From positions 88,726-152,725 of the IMG/VR virus record IMGVR_UViG_3300009285_003054: a stretch of 64,000 nucleotides of DNA; one strand, given 5' to 3'. How positions within the stretch are numbered: the stretch's first letter is position 1; each line of letters starts with the position of its first letter. The stretch comes from a virus. A model generated the notes under the pieces. That model saw only the letters and a program-made list of their open reading frames with translations. It searched no databases and was not told the DNA's origin. Both the position numbers and the translations under genes were made by a program. Of the stretch, positions 27,480 through 36,406 are shown in pieces.

Positions 27480-28457
27480 CTATGTGGGGAATGTATACCC
27501 TACCTTGCTGGCTAGCAGAATTAACCGCTCCTCACTTATTCCATACAGGTGATCTCGATCGTAGGTGATATCTTTGATTCGAGATTTGATGCTTCCTCGG
27601 GACAGCAACCGAACATGCTCGGGGTTGAAATGGTGCTCCACAGCTACCCGCGCCGCATCATTCAATGTCTCACCGTAGCAGATCGGGAGGATCTGCTGGA
27701 TTGGATCCTTCGATTCGGCATGCACATCTGCAGGCAATTCTTCCACTAGTCGCGCCGTCTCTGCATTGATGTACTGTTGATCCATCTCGTTCTCATAGAG
27801 TACTACCATCATTAGTCTCTGAAGGATCCCGGGGAGAATATCTTCACTCACTCGATTCCTATATGTTATGGGAAAACAATTGACAACAATTTCAGGAATC
27901 TTCTCCATTCGTCCAAGGACACTCTCTTGGGATACTTCAGACACTGTACAGAGATCCCCAAGCTTGGATAATACCCAAGACGTTGCACCAGCAAGAGAAA
28001 GTTCCGCCAGCAAAGACACGAAGTGGGGGGCAGTACTCATTAGTACTGTTTTCAACTCTATAGCCGCCTTGACAAACGAGAGTCTTGCCTTTTCTTGAGA
28101 AGGAAAAGGCATCAGTATCGAAGAAAGGAGGAACTCGAAATCAGGAGGGTGTATTTTGAATACTATTGTATGCTCACGAACGACTATGTGGATAATATAC
28201 CGCATTAACATATAGAACCGCTGCCACGTATTGGTCATGCGGAACAATCGATACCATGCTGCTGTGTTCTCACATCTGGCCAACTCAGAACAAAATTCCA
28301 AGTCTACGTCAACCCTAACCTCACCAGTCCGGAAAATTCGACAAGTATCACGTGCGTAACGGGTGGTAAACCCATATTGCTTGCGCAGAGAATACTCGGA
28401 AATCCGTATAACTCTTGGGTCTAGTAACAAATCTCCAATGCTCACCTTTTTTGACAT
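27480..28457 (-). CDS. Hypothetical protein (325 aa)
   Basis: AAGGAG SD and TAATG overlap with the upstream gene; no family recognised. Confidence 0.75.
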   Translation of the reverse strand: MSKKVSIGDLLLDPRVIRISEYSLRKQYGFTTRYARDTCRIFRTGEVRVDVDLEFCSELARCENTAAWYRLFRMTNTWQRFYMLMRYIIHIVVREHTIVFKIHPPDFEFLLSSILMPFPSQEKARLSFVKAAIELKTVLMSTAPHFVSLLAELSLAGATSWVLSKLGDLCTVSEVSQESVLGRMEKIPEIVVNCFPITYRNRVSEDILPGILQRLMMVVLYENEMDQQYINAETARLVEELPADVHAESKDPIQQILPICYGETLNDAARVAVEHHFNPEHVRLLSRGSIKSRIKDITYDRDHLYGISEERLILLASKVGYTFPT

Positions 28458-29401
28458 TACGACAACTCCTTTTTAAGTAGGGTATCTCCGCGAGCAAAGG
28501 ATCCATCTGGAGAAAGGATCTTTCGATCTAGTGACACCACAACACCTTTGTGGAACATTCCCAATTTCGGAAGGACACACTCTCTACAAAGATCAAACTT
28601 TCGCATTTGAACTGGAAGGAACTTGGATTCCCCAGTGGTCAGATCTCGATACCTGTCCCAAAATTCAACCCCCACACCCTCGCAAGCAGGACAATCTGGC
28701 CGAGCAATAGTTTGAAGAAGACTTTCTCTCCAGATTGGTTGTGCTCCTCGAATGGTGGAGTATATTAGATCATCCGACAACTCAAAAGTGAACGTAGTCA
28801 GTTTGTCACATGCTGTCGGGGTATAATTGAGATAATATCCCCACCACGAGGGGATAAGGAAGTTCCAGAGGTAGATGAATACATTAGCCGTGTCATGGAG
28901 CATTTGATTTATGCGGACATCCCCCAACCTCTGGAGCATACTTCGAGCACCTATTGGGGCATTAATAACCGCTGAGCGGGGGTTCCCGGGTTCTAACCAA
29001 GTAGGCCATAGTCGGCATAACAGTGGGCGCTCTGTCGGGGGTAGTTGGCAGTGATGCGTAGTCTTGCAGGTAAATCCGGTTTCGGGCATCTCATCTATTA
29101 CAGGTTGGCAGGATGTCTCTTCCCGATGGTGTGGGCAGGTTGCCCCAAGGGTTCCGTCGGGAATGTCATCTTTACCCGCTAGCATCCGATATGCCTCCTC
29201 CCCGGGGAACACTTGTACCGGGGTTTGGTCATTGACTGGAAGACCCAGCTGGGATGTCGCCCAACAAACGCTCTGCAAGATCACCGAAGGGCACTTGGTG
29301 TAGAGTTGATCAAATACAATAAACCGGTACTGCTCCAATGCTGGGGGCAGTGCCAGTGTATCAAATATCCCCTGACCGAGTTGCTTGGATGATATGAGCA
29401 T
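28457..29401 (-). CDS. Cys-rich protein, YkgJ/FliB/DUF3109-like putative Fe-S or Zn enzyme, with C-terminal zinc ribbon
   Basis: CPHH...C...C....HCQL....RPLLCRLWP (the RPxxCRx(Y/F/W)P signature); CPAC...CREC at the C-terminus. The classical N-terminal CxxCxxCC is not evident. ATG 29401 has AAGGA upstream. Confidence 0.55.
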   Translation of the reverse strand: MLISSKQLGQGIFDTLALPPALEQYRFIVFDQLYTKCPSVILQSVCWATSQLGLPVNDQTPVQVFPGEEAYRMLAGKDDIPDGTLGATCPHHREETSCQPVIDEMPETGFTCKTTHHCQLPPTERPLLCRLWPTWLEPGNPRSAVINAPIGARSMLQRLGDVRINQMLHDTANVFIYLWNFLIPSWWGYYLNYTPTACDKLTTFTFELSDDLIYSTIRGAQPIWRESLLQTIARPDCPACEGVGVEFWDRYRDLTTGESKFLPVQMRKFDLCRECVLPKLGMFHKGVVVSLDRKILSPDGSFARGDTLLKKELS

Positions 29402-30728
29402 CGATTTGTTCCTTTCCAAAGATATCCACCATTAACTCATACAACCGTCTTTCCTCAGTAATCCAGGGTAAGCCTGCGCCTCTAAGAAGAGACGACCATG
29501 CCCATTCAAGATACTCTTGAGTATCCCATTCGGAAGGGAGCATTTCCCGTTCATCGGGGTACATGTCTGATGCCATCAGCGGATCACCATCGGGATCTTC
29601 CGATTTTACTACCAATCCTATCCGACCAGCATTCTCTACCGCACAGATAGCCAAGTGTGCATACGTGCGGAGAGGGATTTTAGGTAGAGAGTTTCGATTC
29701 TCCCACATACCAAGCCCTACCCCAAATGATGGTACAGTGTGGGTTGCCCACCGACGTTTGTATTCATGTCTGTTGTCGAAATCTCCTGAGTAATCTTCGC
29801 CGTAATGATCTGCTCCGATGATTACGTCTGGGACGTGCAGCACGGATGATCCTTCTTGGATCAACGCAAGCATGGCAAAATTCCCGACCTCTTCCTCGCG
29901 AAGGCTCACGTCATAAATTGTTGACCTCGACATCCACCCACCTACACCCAAGTGGAAAAGCACATCAACTCCGACTAAATTGTCACCCCGAAAGATCCCA
30001 TATATTCGGAGTTGTCTCTGAGAATCTGGCTGCTGCGCGATCTCCCGCAGGATGCCAATGTCATAAGTGTGTGATCCAGGGACGTTGCCGTACCACTCCC
30101 ACCACTGTTGATAGAGCCATCCGAATTTCTCTGTCTTGGTAATAGTACTGCCGTCCTGCAGTACATAGGCATATCCAAGTGCCTTAGTATTTGTCAACAT
30201 CCGTCGAGTGTTCTTTCTAAATTTACTCGACGGATGTTGACTAATGTAATCTTCCGCACTTGATGTCATAATCGCGTGGTTTATCACCCCGGAGGTAAAC
30301 CCTGGGAGACTACGGAGATTGCTACCCATGCTGGTGACATCACACATATTTACCAAATCGAGAACATATCCCTCTTCTTGTGCAATTTCAAACGCACGGG
30401 AGATACAGTGAAGATCCGGGGCGAACCAATCCCATCGCTTCAATTCAGGATATGGGACACCATATCCCCCGTTAATGGAGAAGTCACTCCACTCTCCGAT
30501 CTCATTCTGGTAGAGAGGCATCGAAAAGATGCATCTTCCATCAAGAACCACATCAAAAAGACGATAAGGGGTGGCGAGTGTCCTCGGGTTGTCATCCAGG
30601 CATTGTTGGTATAACTCAGTCCATGTCCGCTGGTACATCCCAGCCAACTCTTGGTTCCAGATGAGATCTTGATGGAATCGAGCACACCAGGGATGCTCTA
30701 CTGGGTGTATGATTACTTCAGCAGCCAT
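29361..30728 (-). CDS. Double-GNAT-fold acyl/aminoacyl-transferase (Acetyltransf_6/FemAB-like)
   Basis: SAEDYISQHPSSKFRKNTRR, LRIYGIFRGDNLVG, YD......VGNFAMLALI, YKRRW. Confidence 0.7.
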   Translation of the reverse strand: MAAEVIIHPVEHPWCARFHQDLIWNQELAGMYQRTWTELYQQCLDDNPRTLATPYRLFDVVLDGRCIFSMPLYQNEIGEWSDFSINGGYGVPYPELKRWDWFAPDLHCISRAFEIAQEEGYVLDLVNMCDVTSMGSNLRSLPGFTSGVINHAIMTSSAEDYISQHPSSKFRKNTRRMLTNTKALGYAYVLQDGSTITKTEKFGWLYQQWWEWYGNVPGSHTYDIGILREIAQQPDSQRQLRIYGIFRGDNLVGVDVLFHLGVGGWMSRSTIYDVSLREEEVGNFAMLALIQEGSSVLHVPDVIIGADHYGEDYSGDFDNRHEYKRRWATHTVPSFGVGLGMWENRNSLPKIPLRTYAHLAICAVENAGRIGLVVKSEDPDGDPLMASDMYPDEREMLPSEWDTQEYLEWAWSSLLRGAGLPWITEERRLYELMVDIFGKEQIDAHIIQATRSGDI

Positions 30729-30730
30729 GA

Positions 30731-32683
30731 TTAGTCCTTACCAAATTGATCCATGTCGACGTTGGTGATCTCACTACGGTCTGGGACACCGTAGTGGGGA
30801 TCACTGTTCACACCACAACACATCATATCGTAGTGGGAATATGTGTACTTGTAATATGTTCCGATATCTTTATCGTTCCACACACCGTCTTCCACATCCT
30901 CCCCGCCATGACTGTACGCCAGGACGCCGTATTTGTGAAGTGCCACCGCGGCACTCCAGCAGAAGAACCTCCCCGGTTGATATTTCTTACGATCGGTCAG
31001 CGTGTTATGTGCGAACCAAAGTCGCTCCCACAGTTTTCCGTACAGCCGGATGAATATGTCTACTCCAAACAGTTCCCCATCTGGTGCGTAGACCGGGAAG
31101 CATAGCATATTATCTTGCTCCCTACCCAAGTCCCTGCAGTATTGAGCCGAGTGTCCAAGCAGTCGGAAGTTCAGCTCAAACCATGGGTTTCCAATGGTCG
31201 GGATAGGATCCTCGAATAGGTCGAACCACTTACGAATACTGGCGTATGCTTCCACGGGAAGCATACGCCAGGGTAGAGGATCCCCGTAGTACCAGCCCAT
31301 CTCATCGTGAACCTTCTTTGCGTTCCGCCACTTCCACGCTTTCTTGGATGGGTATGAGTTTGCAAACTCCTCGAAAGAAGGAAACGTCCGCGTGATGGGG
31401 GTTGAAAAGTTCTTGAAAATGTAGGGGGTTGTTCCGAATCGAGCAATCAGATCCTGATGAGGCAGTAGATGAATTCCAATATTGAAAAATGTCCCACAAA
31501 CATTGTAGGATGGATCATCCCGATCATCGAACTCCACGTTCCATGTCTGTTTGTCCCGCAACTGTCGGAGGATATCTACCCCATCGATCAGAGAGTCTAC
31601 ATCCGGCGCAAACCATTGCCACATCCTGCTTGACGAGGGTGTAGGTTGGCACGACACCAATGATGGTCCCCTCGCCAGGAGTTCATGTTTGTAGTGCGGA
31701 TAAGCTAGCAGCAACTTGGATCCACGATACACTTCGAGGAAGGTATGGTACCCCATGTCAAGAACAGCCTGCACTCCACTAGGGGTATACATTGGGTGTG
31801 TTTGAAAGGGAAGTTTCCCCCCAATGTAATCGACTGTCCTAATTCGGATGTCGCCCCAATCCTGGAACAGATAACGCGGAACTCGATGTCTAACAGTTAC
31901 GGAACATATTCTTCGTAGTGGATCGCTGTAGACTTTCCCTGGTTCTGTTACCTCAGTCTGCCAAAATAGGTGGAGGTTGTCCTTGATTGTGTCCCGCCAA
32001 ATCTCAGAAGAAAAGACGTTGCTGTGTGGATCAGGTGGACCGTGTGGCTCCAGTATCGTTTCTGGGTCGTAGTGGTTTAGGAATTCGGTTTCTTTCTGGA
32101 GACTGGGAACTGCTAGCTCAAGATAGATTAACTTGTCGACTACCTGCATTATTCGATAGACTGCTGCCCCCATGTCATCGAGACTCAAATGTTGCAGTGT
32201 CAAAAATGAGCATACCACATCATACCGTACAGGAAATCCGGCGGCTTTCAGTCTCTCCGACGAGATGTCCGACGCCGAACACAGCATCAGATGTGTTCCA
32301 GGGCACGCAGTTCGGATAATATACTCACTCACATCCAACCCAAACACAGATGCATGATACCCGTGTTCGAGGAAGACATCTTCTACCGCCTTCCCAAAAT
32401 AACCTCGAGCGCATCCTACGTCCAGAATGGTCATTCCGTCACGAATAACATCCACATTCTCTAGGATATGGAAGAATCGCTCGGCCATCGCATCCCATGT
32501 CTGGTCTCCCTCATCATCTTCAAGATAACCCTGGTAATCCTCGTTGTACCCCTTGAGCACCCCACCCGGATCGTCAAAGTACGTCTGATCGAACACAGCG
32601 GGGGACGCTGTCTTACCTCCGTCAATTTCCTCATCTTCCTCTTCCTCTTCCTCTTCGATAATATCTTCGTTAGGGTCACCCAT
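30731..32683 (-). CDS. Class I SAM-dependent methyltransferase fused to an Acetyltransf_6/FemAB-like GNAT
   Basis: FDQTYF...GY, ILDVGCARGYF, FGLDVSEY, YDVVCSFLTLQHL. The C-terminal half aligns with 29361..30728 (W.WFAPD, (F/A)E(E/D)(F/Y)....PS.K, GVD, YK). Confidence 0.8.
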   Translation of the reverse strand: MGDPNEDIIEEEEEEEDEEIDGGKTASPAVFDQTYFDDPGGVLKGYNEDYQGYLEDDEGDQTWDAMAERFFHILENVDVIRDGMTILDVGCARGYFGKAVEDVFLEHGYHASVFGLDVSEYIIRTACPGTHLMLCSASDISSERLKAAGFPVRYDVVCSFLTLQHLSLDDMGAAVYRIMQVVDKLIYLELAVPSLQKETEFLNHYDPETILEPHGPPDPHSNVFSSEIWRDTIKDNLHLFWQTEVTEPGKVYSDPLRRICSVTVRHRVPRYLFQDWGDIRIRTVDYIGGKLPFQTHPMYTPSGVQAVLDMGYHTFLEVYRGSKLLLAYPHYKHELLARGPSLVSCQPTPSSSRMWQWFAPDVDSLIDGVDILRQLRDKQTWNVEFDDRDDPSYNVCGTFFNIGIHLLPHQDLIARFGTTPYIFKNFSTPITRTFPSFEEFANSYPSKKAWKWRNAKKVHDEMGWYYGDPLPWRMLPVEAYASIRKWFDLFEDPIPTIGNPWFELNFRLLGHSAQYCRDLGREQDNMLCFPVYAPDGELFGVDIFIRLYGKLWERLWFAHNTLTDRKKYQPGRFFCWSAAVALHKYGVLAYSHGGEDVEDGVWNDKDIGTYYKYTYSHYDMMCCGVNSDPHYGVPDRSEITNVDMDQFGKD

Positions 32684-35600
32684 CTGATTTTCTCCCGCTG
32701 TGCTGTTGTTTTCTGAGATACCTAATATAGCGCATCGCCCCTTTCGGATACTTGCCCCACTTCTCTTTATGTTCCAATGCCACCCTCATTAGGATTACTT
32801 CGAGCATAGGAATAGAGAAGTCCCATTCGTGAAGATCACCCCACCTAATGCCGATCCCAAAGTCACATTCCATCGGAGCCACGAACTTCACCCCGAAGTG
32901 TTTAACCATGTGTCGCATTGCCCACTTCGATAAACATAGCTCCATAACCCGGACGGCGCGTGGCACATCCTCGAACGGTACTTCCATATAGATAGCGTCA
33001 TGAACGGTGTTGACCAGTTTCCAGCGCCCTTGCAGCTTGTTGCGCAGGATATAACGCTGGAGGATACCAATAGCTATCAAGCAGGCATCCGATGCTACCC
33101 CTTGAATCGGGGAGTTCTTAGCCTGCTTCTCAGCATGGGACTGAACCCACTCAGGTGCATTTTCCCAGATAGCTGGGTTGAACCGTCGTCGTCGCCCCAG
33201 AATGGACTCGACATAACCATTCTTGCGTGCATCATCCGGCCAGGTTTGCAATCTGCGGGCAAATCGCACGTACTTAGAATCAAAAGCATTACAAAGCCGT
33301 TTCGTTGCAGCTACATCTTTTTTGATCTGGGATGCAATCGATTTGATCCCTCGACCATACATGTACCCAAAGACAATTGTCTTTGTCTCGGTGCGGAGGT
33401 TTTTAGTAACATCGTGGATGTCTACCCCAAAAAACTCCGATGCCGTCATCCGGTGGATGTCGCCTTTAAGGGATGCCTCAACCCGAAGGAATAACACATG
33501 CTTAAGAGCTTCCCCACCCTCGAGAGCAATCTCCTGGATCCGTATGGCCTCGGAATTCAGTGGTACGGACTTTTTCTTTTTCCCCCGGTCACACCATTTG
33601 GCTTTCTTCTCGAGGGTAAGGTATTCTCGATACAGGGTATGTGTCTTTGGGTCAAGGTGATTGACAACCTTTCGATAGGCATCCCGTGCAGCCCGGCCTT
33701 GATAGAAGAGCTTCCCGAGTACCTTATCCTCTGATTCGTTAGCCCCCATGCGGACCTCGTTCGCCATGAGGTCCGCTCCTACTAACACCCTATCGCGGGG
33801 GCTAATCAGGATGTTTTTAGCCGCTTTCTTGGGGGGTGTATTTGCTCTCGGAAAGTTTGCCATGTTGGGGTTGGAGTGTGCCAACCGAGCGGTCACTGTT
33901 GATGTCAACCCAAAGGTTCCGCGTACTCGACCATCTGTGCGCATATCGGGGTCCCCGGTGTCCGGGTGTACCCATTTGTATATAGCGTTAACAAACGTTG
34001 ACACGAGAACGTGCAAGCCGTTCCAGTCTTTGACAATAGCCGCCTCGTTCAGTGGATTCCCGTCTTCGTCCCACTCGCCATATACCTCATAAAATGATGC
34101 ATTGACTTGGGGGAGTTTGCCCTTCTCTGTAAACGATACGGGCTCCAGCCCCATCTCATCAAAGAACAGCATCCGCAGGTGGGCATCTTTAGTTAGGGAC
34201 ATCACCCAGGGAACTCCACCCCAGAGTGAGTGGATATTGCTTGACTCCTGTTTCCATATCCGTTTGTTTACCACTTGAGCCGGTCTGGATTTTTTAAGCT
34301 TGTCCACCAGACCGTACATTGATTTAAGTAAGACGCTTCTCTTTGGGTCGAGGAGCCTACGCAGCTCATCAATATCGGCAAGAAACCCATTCTGTTCCAT
34401 CGCCACGATACCCAGGTAGGCATCTGAGTAAAGAAAGTAAACCAAGCGAAGGAGTTTCTCCCGGTAACCCTGCCCTTCCGCCTCAATCAGTAGTTCCTGG
34501 AACAGTCGCCATAGTCCCCATGCGTCTTTCCCACCATACTTCCGCAGACGATCCAGCGTCCAGTTGACTACATTCCAACGGTCTGCTTTATCATCGCCAT
34601 CGTAGGCATACTCGTCCCCCAAATACATCCGAGTGAGCAATGAGAGAGATAACCCTCGTTCTCTGTCTGGGTAGTAATACTCCTTCGGATCTCGGGATCC
34701 TGCTATCCGATTCTCATCCAGCAAGTATGCCACTTGCATGGAGTCGACCACTGGGTTATTAGTGACATCCACCCCTAACTCTCGGTGAATTTGATGCAAG
34801 TCGAACACTGCTTTATGCATCAACCAAATCCAGCGATTGACCTTGCGTGTTTTGCCACCCAGTTTGACAGTCGCAGCAGTAAATACCTTGCGTAGGAGTG
34901 CGGATATCTTCGGAAAATCGTCTGTGAAGAACGGGGTCTGTGGATGCTTGAGCGGGATGACATACGCTGTTTCCCCATCCCACGAGAATTGGATAGATAC
35001 CATGTCATTGTCGTAGACTCGATGGAGGTTGCGGTCCTCCGTATCACACGCAACCACACTTCCCCGAGGAAGTGTAAGGATTTGTTTAACTATCTTGCGT
35101 ACCCCCGCTACCGTTTCTACAAGAACACTTTTTCCCTCTCGGATGTCTTTGAAACTCTCCGATGCGGCAGCTCTTCCGGAGAGCTGAATCGCTTTTCGGA
35201 TATCCTTGACAAACTCCCTCCCAGCATCAGTGGCAAGTCCACCCTGCCGCTGAACATACGAGGGGTGGTATGCAAAGAGGTAGGTTACCCCCGCTTGGTG
35301 TTTTACTTGCCCTCTTATGCGGGTTATCCCATCAGCTTGCGGGAAGTGTTCCTGCACTGCGGTATTCCCAAGCAAAACAACCACCTTAGGGTGGTATTTT
35401 TTGAGATTTTCCCGGAAGTAATGTGCACAAGCCGTCTGCTCCTCCGCAGTGGGTGCACGGTCCATACCCTGCTTATCAATCGGGCGACATTTCACCCCGT
35501 TATCAAACCCACACCCTTCTAATCCGCCATTGGTTTGGTGTAGCACATCTCGAAGTAGCGCCCCTGACTTACCCCTTGGGTTGAATGGTATGCCATCCTC

Positions 35601-35774
35601 GTCCTCAGTCTTACCCGGAGCATCTCCCTTGAAAAGCACGTCAAGACTCCCGCTTACGGAGGGGTGAAACTCCAGCGGAACACACGAAGTGGTGATATGA
35701 TCAGCATGGTATAGAGGACAATTTAGACACACGGATTGCCGTTGCCTTCGGCAGAATTCTGCGGAAGTTGGCAT
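32676..35774 (-). CDS. polA: Family A DNA polymerase with N-terminal family-4 uracil-DNA-glycosylase domain and 3'-5' exonuclease (SPO1-type architecture)
   Basis: UDG: CLNCPL, GDAPGKTED, NGVKCRP, VVVLLGN, YHPSY. Exo: ACDTE, HKAVFDL, YGGKDA. Pol: TVTARL..NPNMANFP, motif A ADLMANEVR, DIH, motif B RTETKTIVFGYMYG, NSPIQG, motif C VHDA. Confidence 0.95.
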   Translation of the reverse strand: MPTSAEFCRRQRQSVCLNCPLYHADHITTSCVPLEFHPSVSGSLDVLFKGDAPGKTEDEDGIPFNPRGKSGALLRDVLHQTNGGLEGCGFDNGVKCRPIDKQGMDRAPTAEEQTACAHYFRENLKKYHPKVVVLLGNTAVQEHFPQADGITRIRGQVKHQAGVTYLFAYHPSYVQRQGGLATDAGREFVKDIRKAIQLSGRAAASESFKDIREGKSVLVETVAGVRKIVKQILTLPRGSVVACDTEDRNLHRVYDNDMVSIQFSWDGETAYVIPLKHPQTPFFTDDFPKISALLRKVFTAATVKLGGKTRKVNRWIWLMHKAVFDLHQIHRELGVDVTNNPVVDSMQVAYLLDENRIAGSRDPKEYYYPDRERGLSLSLLTRMYLGDEYAYDGDDKADRWNVVNWTLDRLRKYGGKDAWGLWRLFQELLIEAEGQGYREKLLRLVYFLYSDAYLGIVAMEQNGFLADIDELRRLLDPKRSVLLKSMYGLVDKLKKSRPAQVVNKRIWKQESSNIHSLWGGVPWVMSLTKDAHLRMLFFDEMGLEPVSFTEKGKLPQVNASFYEVYGEWDEDGNPLNEAAIVKDWNGLHVLVSTFVNAIYKWVHPDTGDPDMRTDGRVRGTFGLTSTVTARLAHSNPNMANFPRANTPPKKAAKNILISPRDRVLVGADLMANEVRMGANESEDKVLGKLFYQGRAARDAYRKVVNHLDPKTHTLYREYLTLEKKAKWCDRGKKKKSVPLNSEAIRIQEIALEGGEALKHVLFLRVEASLKGDIHRMTASEFFGVDIHDVTKNLRTETKTIVFGYMYGRGIKSIASQIKKDVAATKRLCNAFDSKYVRFARRLQTWPDDARKNGYVESILGRRRRFNPAIWENAPEWVQSHAEKQAKNSPIQGVASDACLIAIGILQRYILRNKLQGRWKLVNTVHDAIYMEVPFEDVPRAVRVMELCLSKWAMRHMVKHFGVKFVAPMECDFGIGIRWGDLHEWDFSIPMLEVILMRVALEHKEKWGKYPKGAMRYIRYLRKQQHSGRKSDG

Positions 35775-35839
35775 GTTGCTACCTCAATGAAATGATTTGG
35801 TATTACCTTGTAGTCTTTAGGCAGGGTAGGGTAAGGGAG

Positions 35840-36232
35840 TTAGTCGGGTTGGGGGATTTCAAAGTGTTGTAGCAATGCCTGTAGGGTAAGTGATCCAATA
35901 CGTTTGATCACTTGTTCTCTCTGCGGAGTACGTATTGCCAGCCACTTGGCTTGCAACTCTACGAAGGGTTCGACCAGGCAACCCTGTGATCGGATGGCAG
36001 AGAAAAGCTCAAATCTCCGAGAACCCAAAGTTACGGTAAGCATTCCCTGAGTAAACTCTAGGGGGAGCCGAACGCCATTCTCTGCTATCAACAGACATAC
36101 TCCTAGTGGAGTGCTTGGTCGGATTGATCCCACTGCTTCAGGCATCGGAGCATTTCCTAAAATGGCGTCTCTCCGGAGAGATCCAAGTTTGTCTCTTACA
36201 ATGGGTAGTCTACTCTTCCCGCAGCATGCCAT
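35840..36232 (-). CDS. Hypothetical protein
   Basis: Tiled ORF with a G-rich SD-like tract; begins MACCGK. Confidence 0.6.
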   Translation of the reverse strand: MACCGKSRLPIVRDKLGSLRRDAILGNAPMPEAVGSIRPSTPLGVCLLIAENGVRLPLEFTQGMLTVTLGSRRFELFSAIRSQGCLVEPFVELQAKWLAIRTPQREQVIKRIGSLTLQALLQHFEIPQPD

Positions 36233-36404
36233 CAGAAACCCCCGTCTTCCTCACGGAATCAACAAACTCTTCTCTGTGCTCAATCTGGAGCGTCAATTTT
36301 GGTTTAGTCCGGATACCCATAGTCACATCTGACACTGTGGCTTGAGCCAACACTACCTGTCGAGGTTGTATTGATACACATCGAGTTTTTCTATAGTTGG
36401 ACAC
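36210..36404 (-). CDS. Small hypothetical protein
   Basis: Fills the gap between queE and the next gene. Confidence 0.45.
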   Translation of the reverse strand: MSNYRKTRCVSIQPRQVVLAQATVSDVTMGIRTKPKLTLQIEHREEFVDSVRKTGVSDGMLREE

Positions 36405-36406
36405 AG

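Noticed and set aside
33470-33695. Intein or intron in the polymerase insertion
   Set aside because: It is too short, lacks the C/S...HN-C/S/T splice junctions and a homing endonuclease motif, and the frame is continuous.
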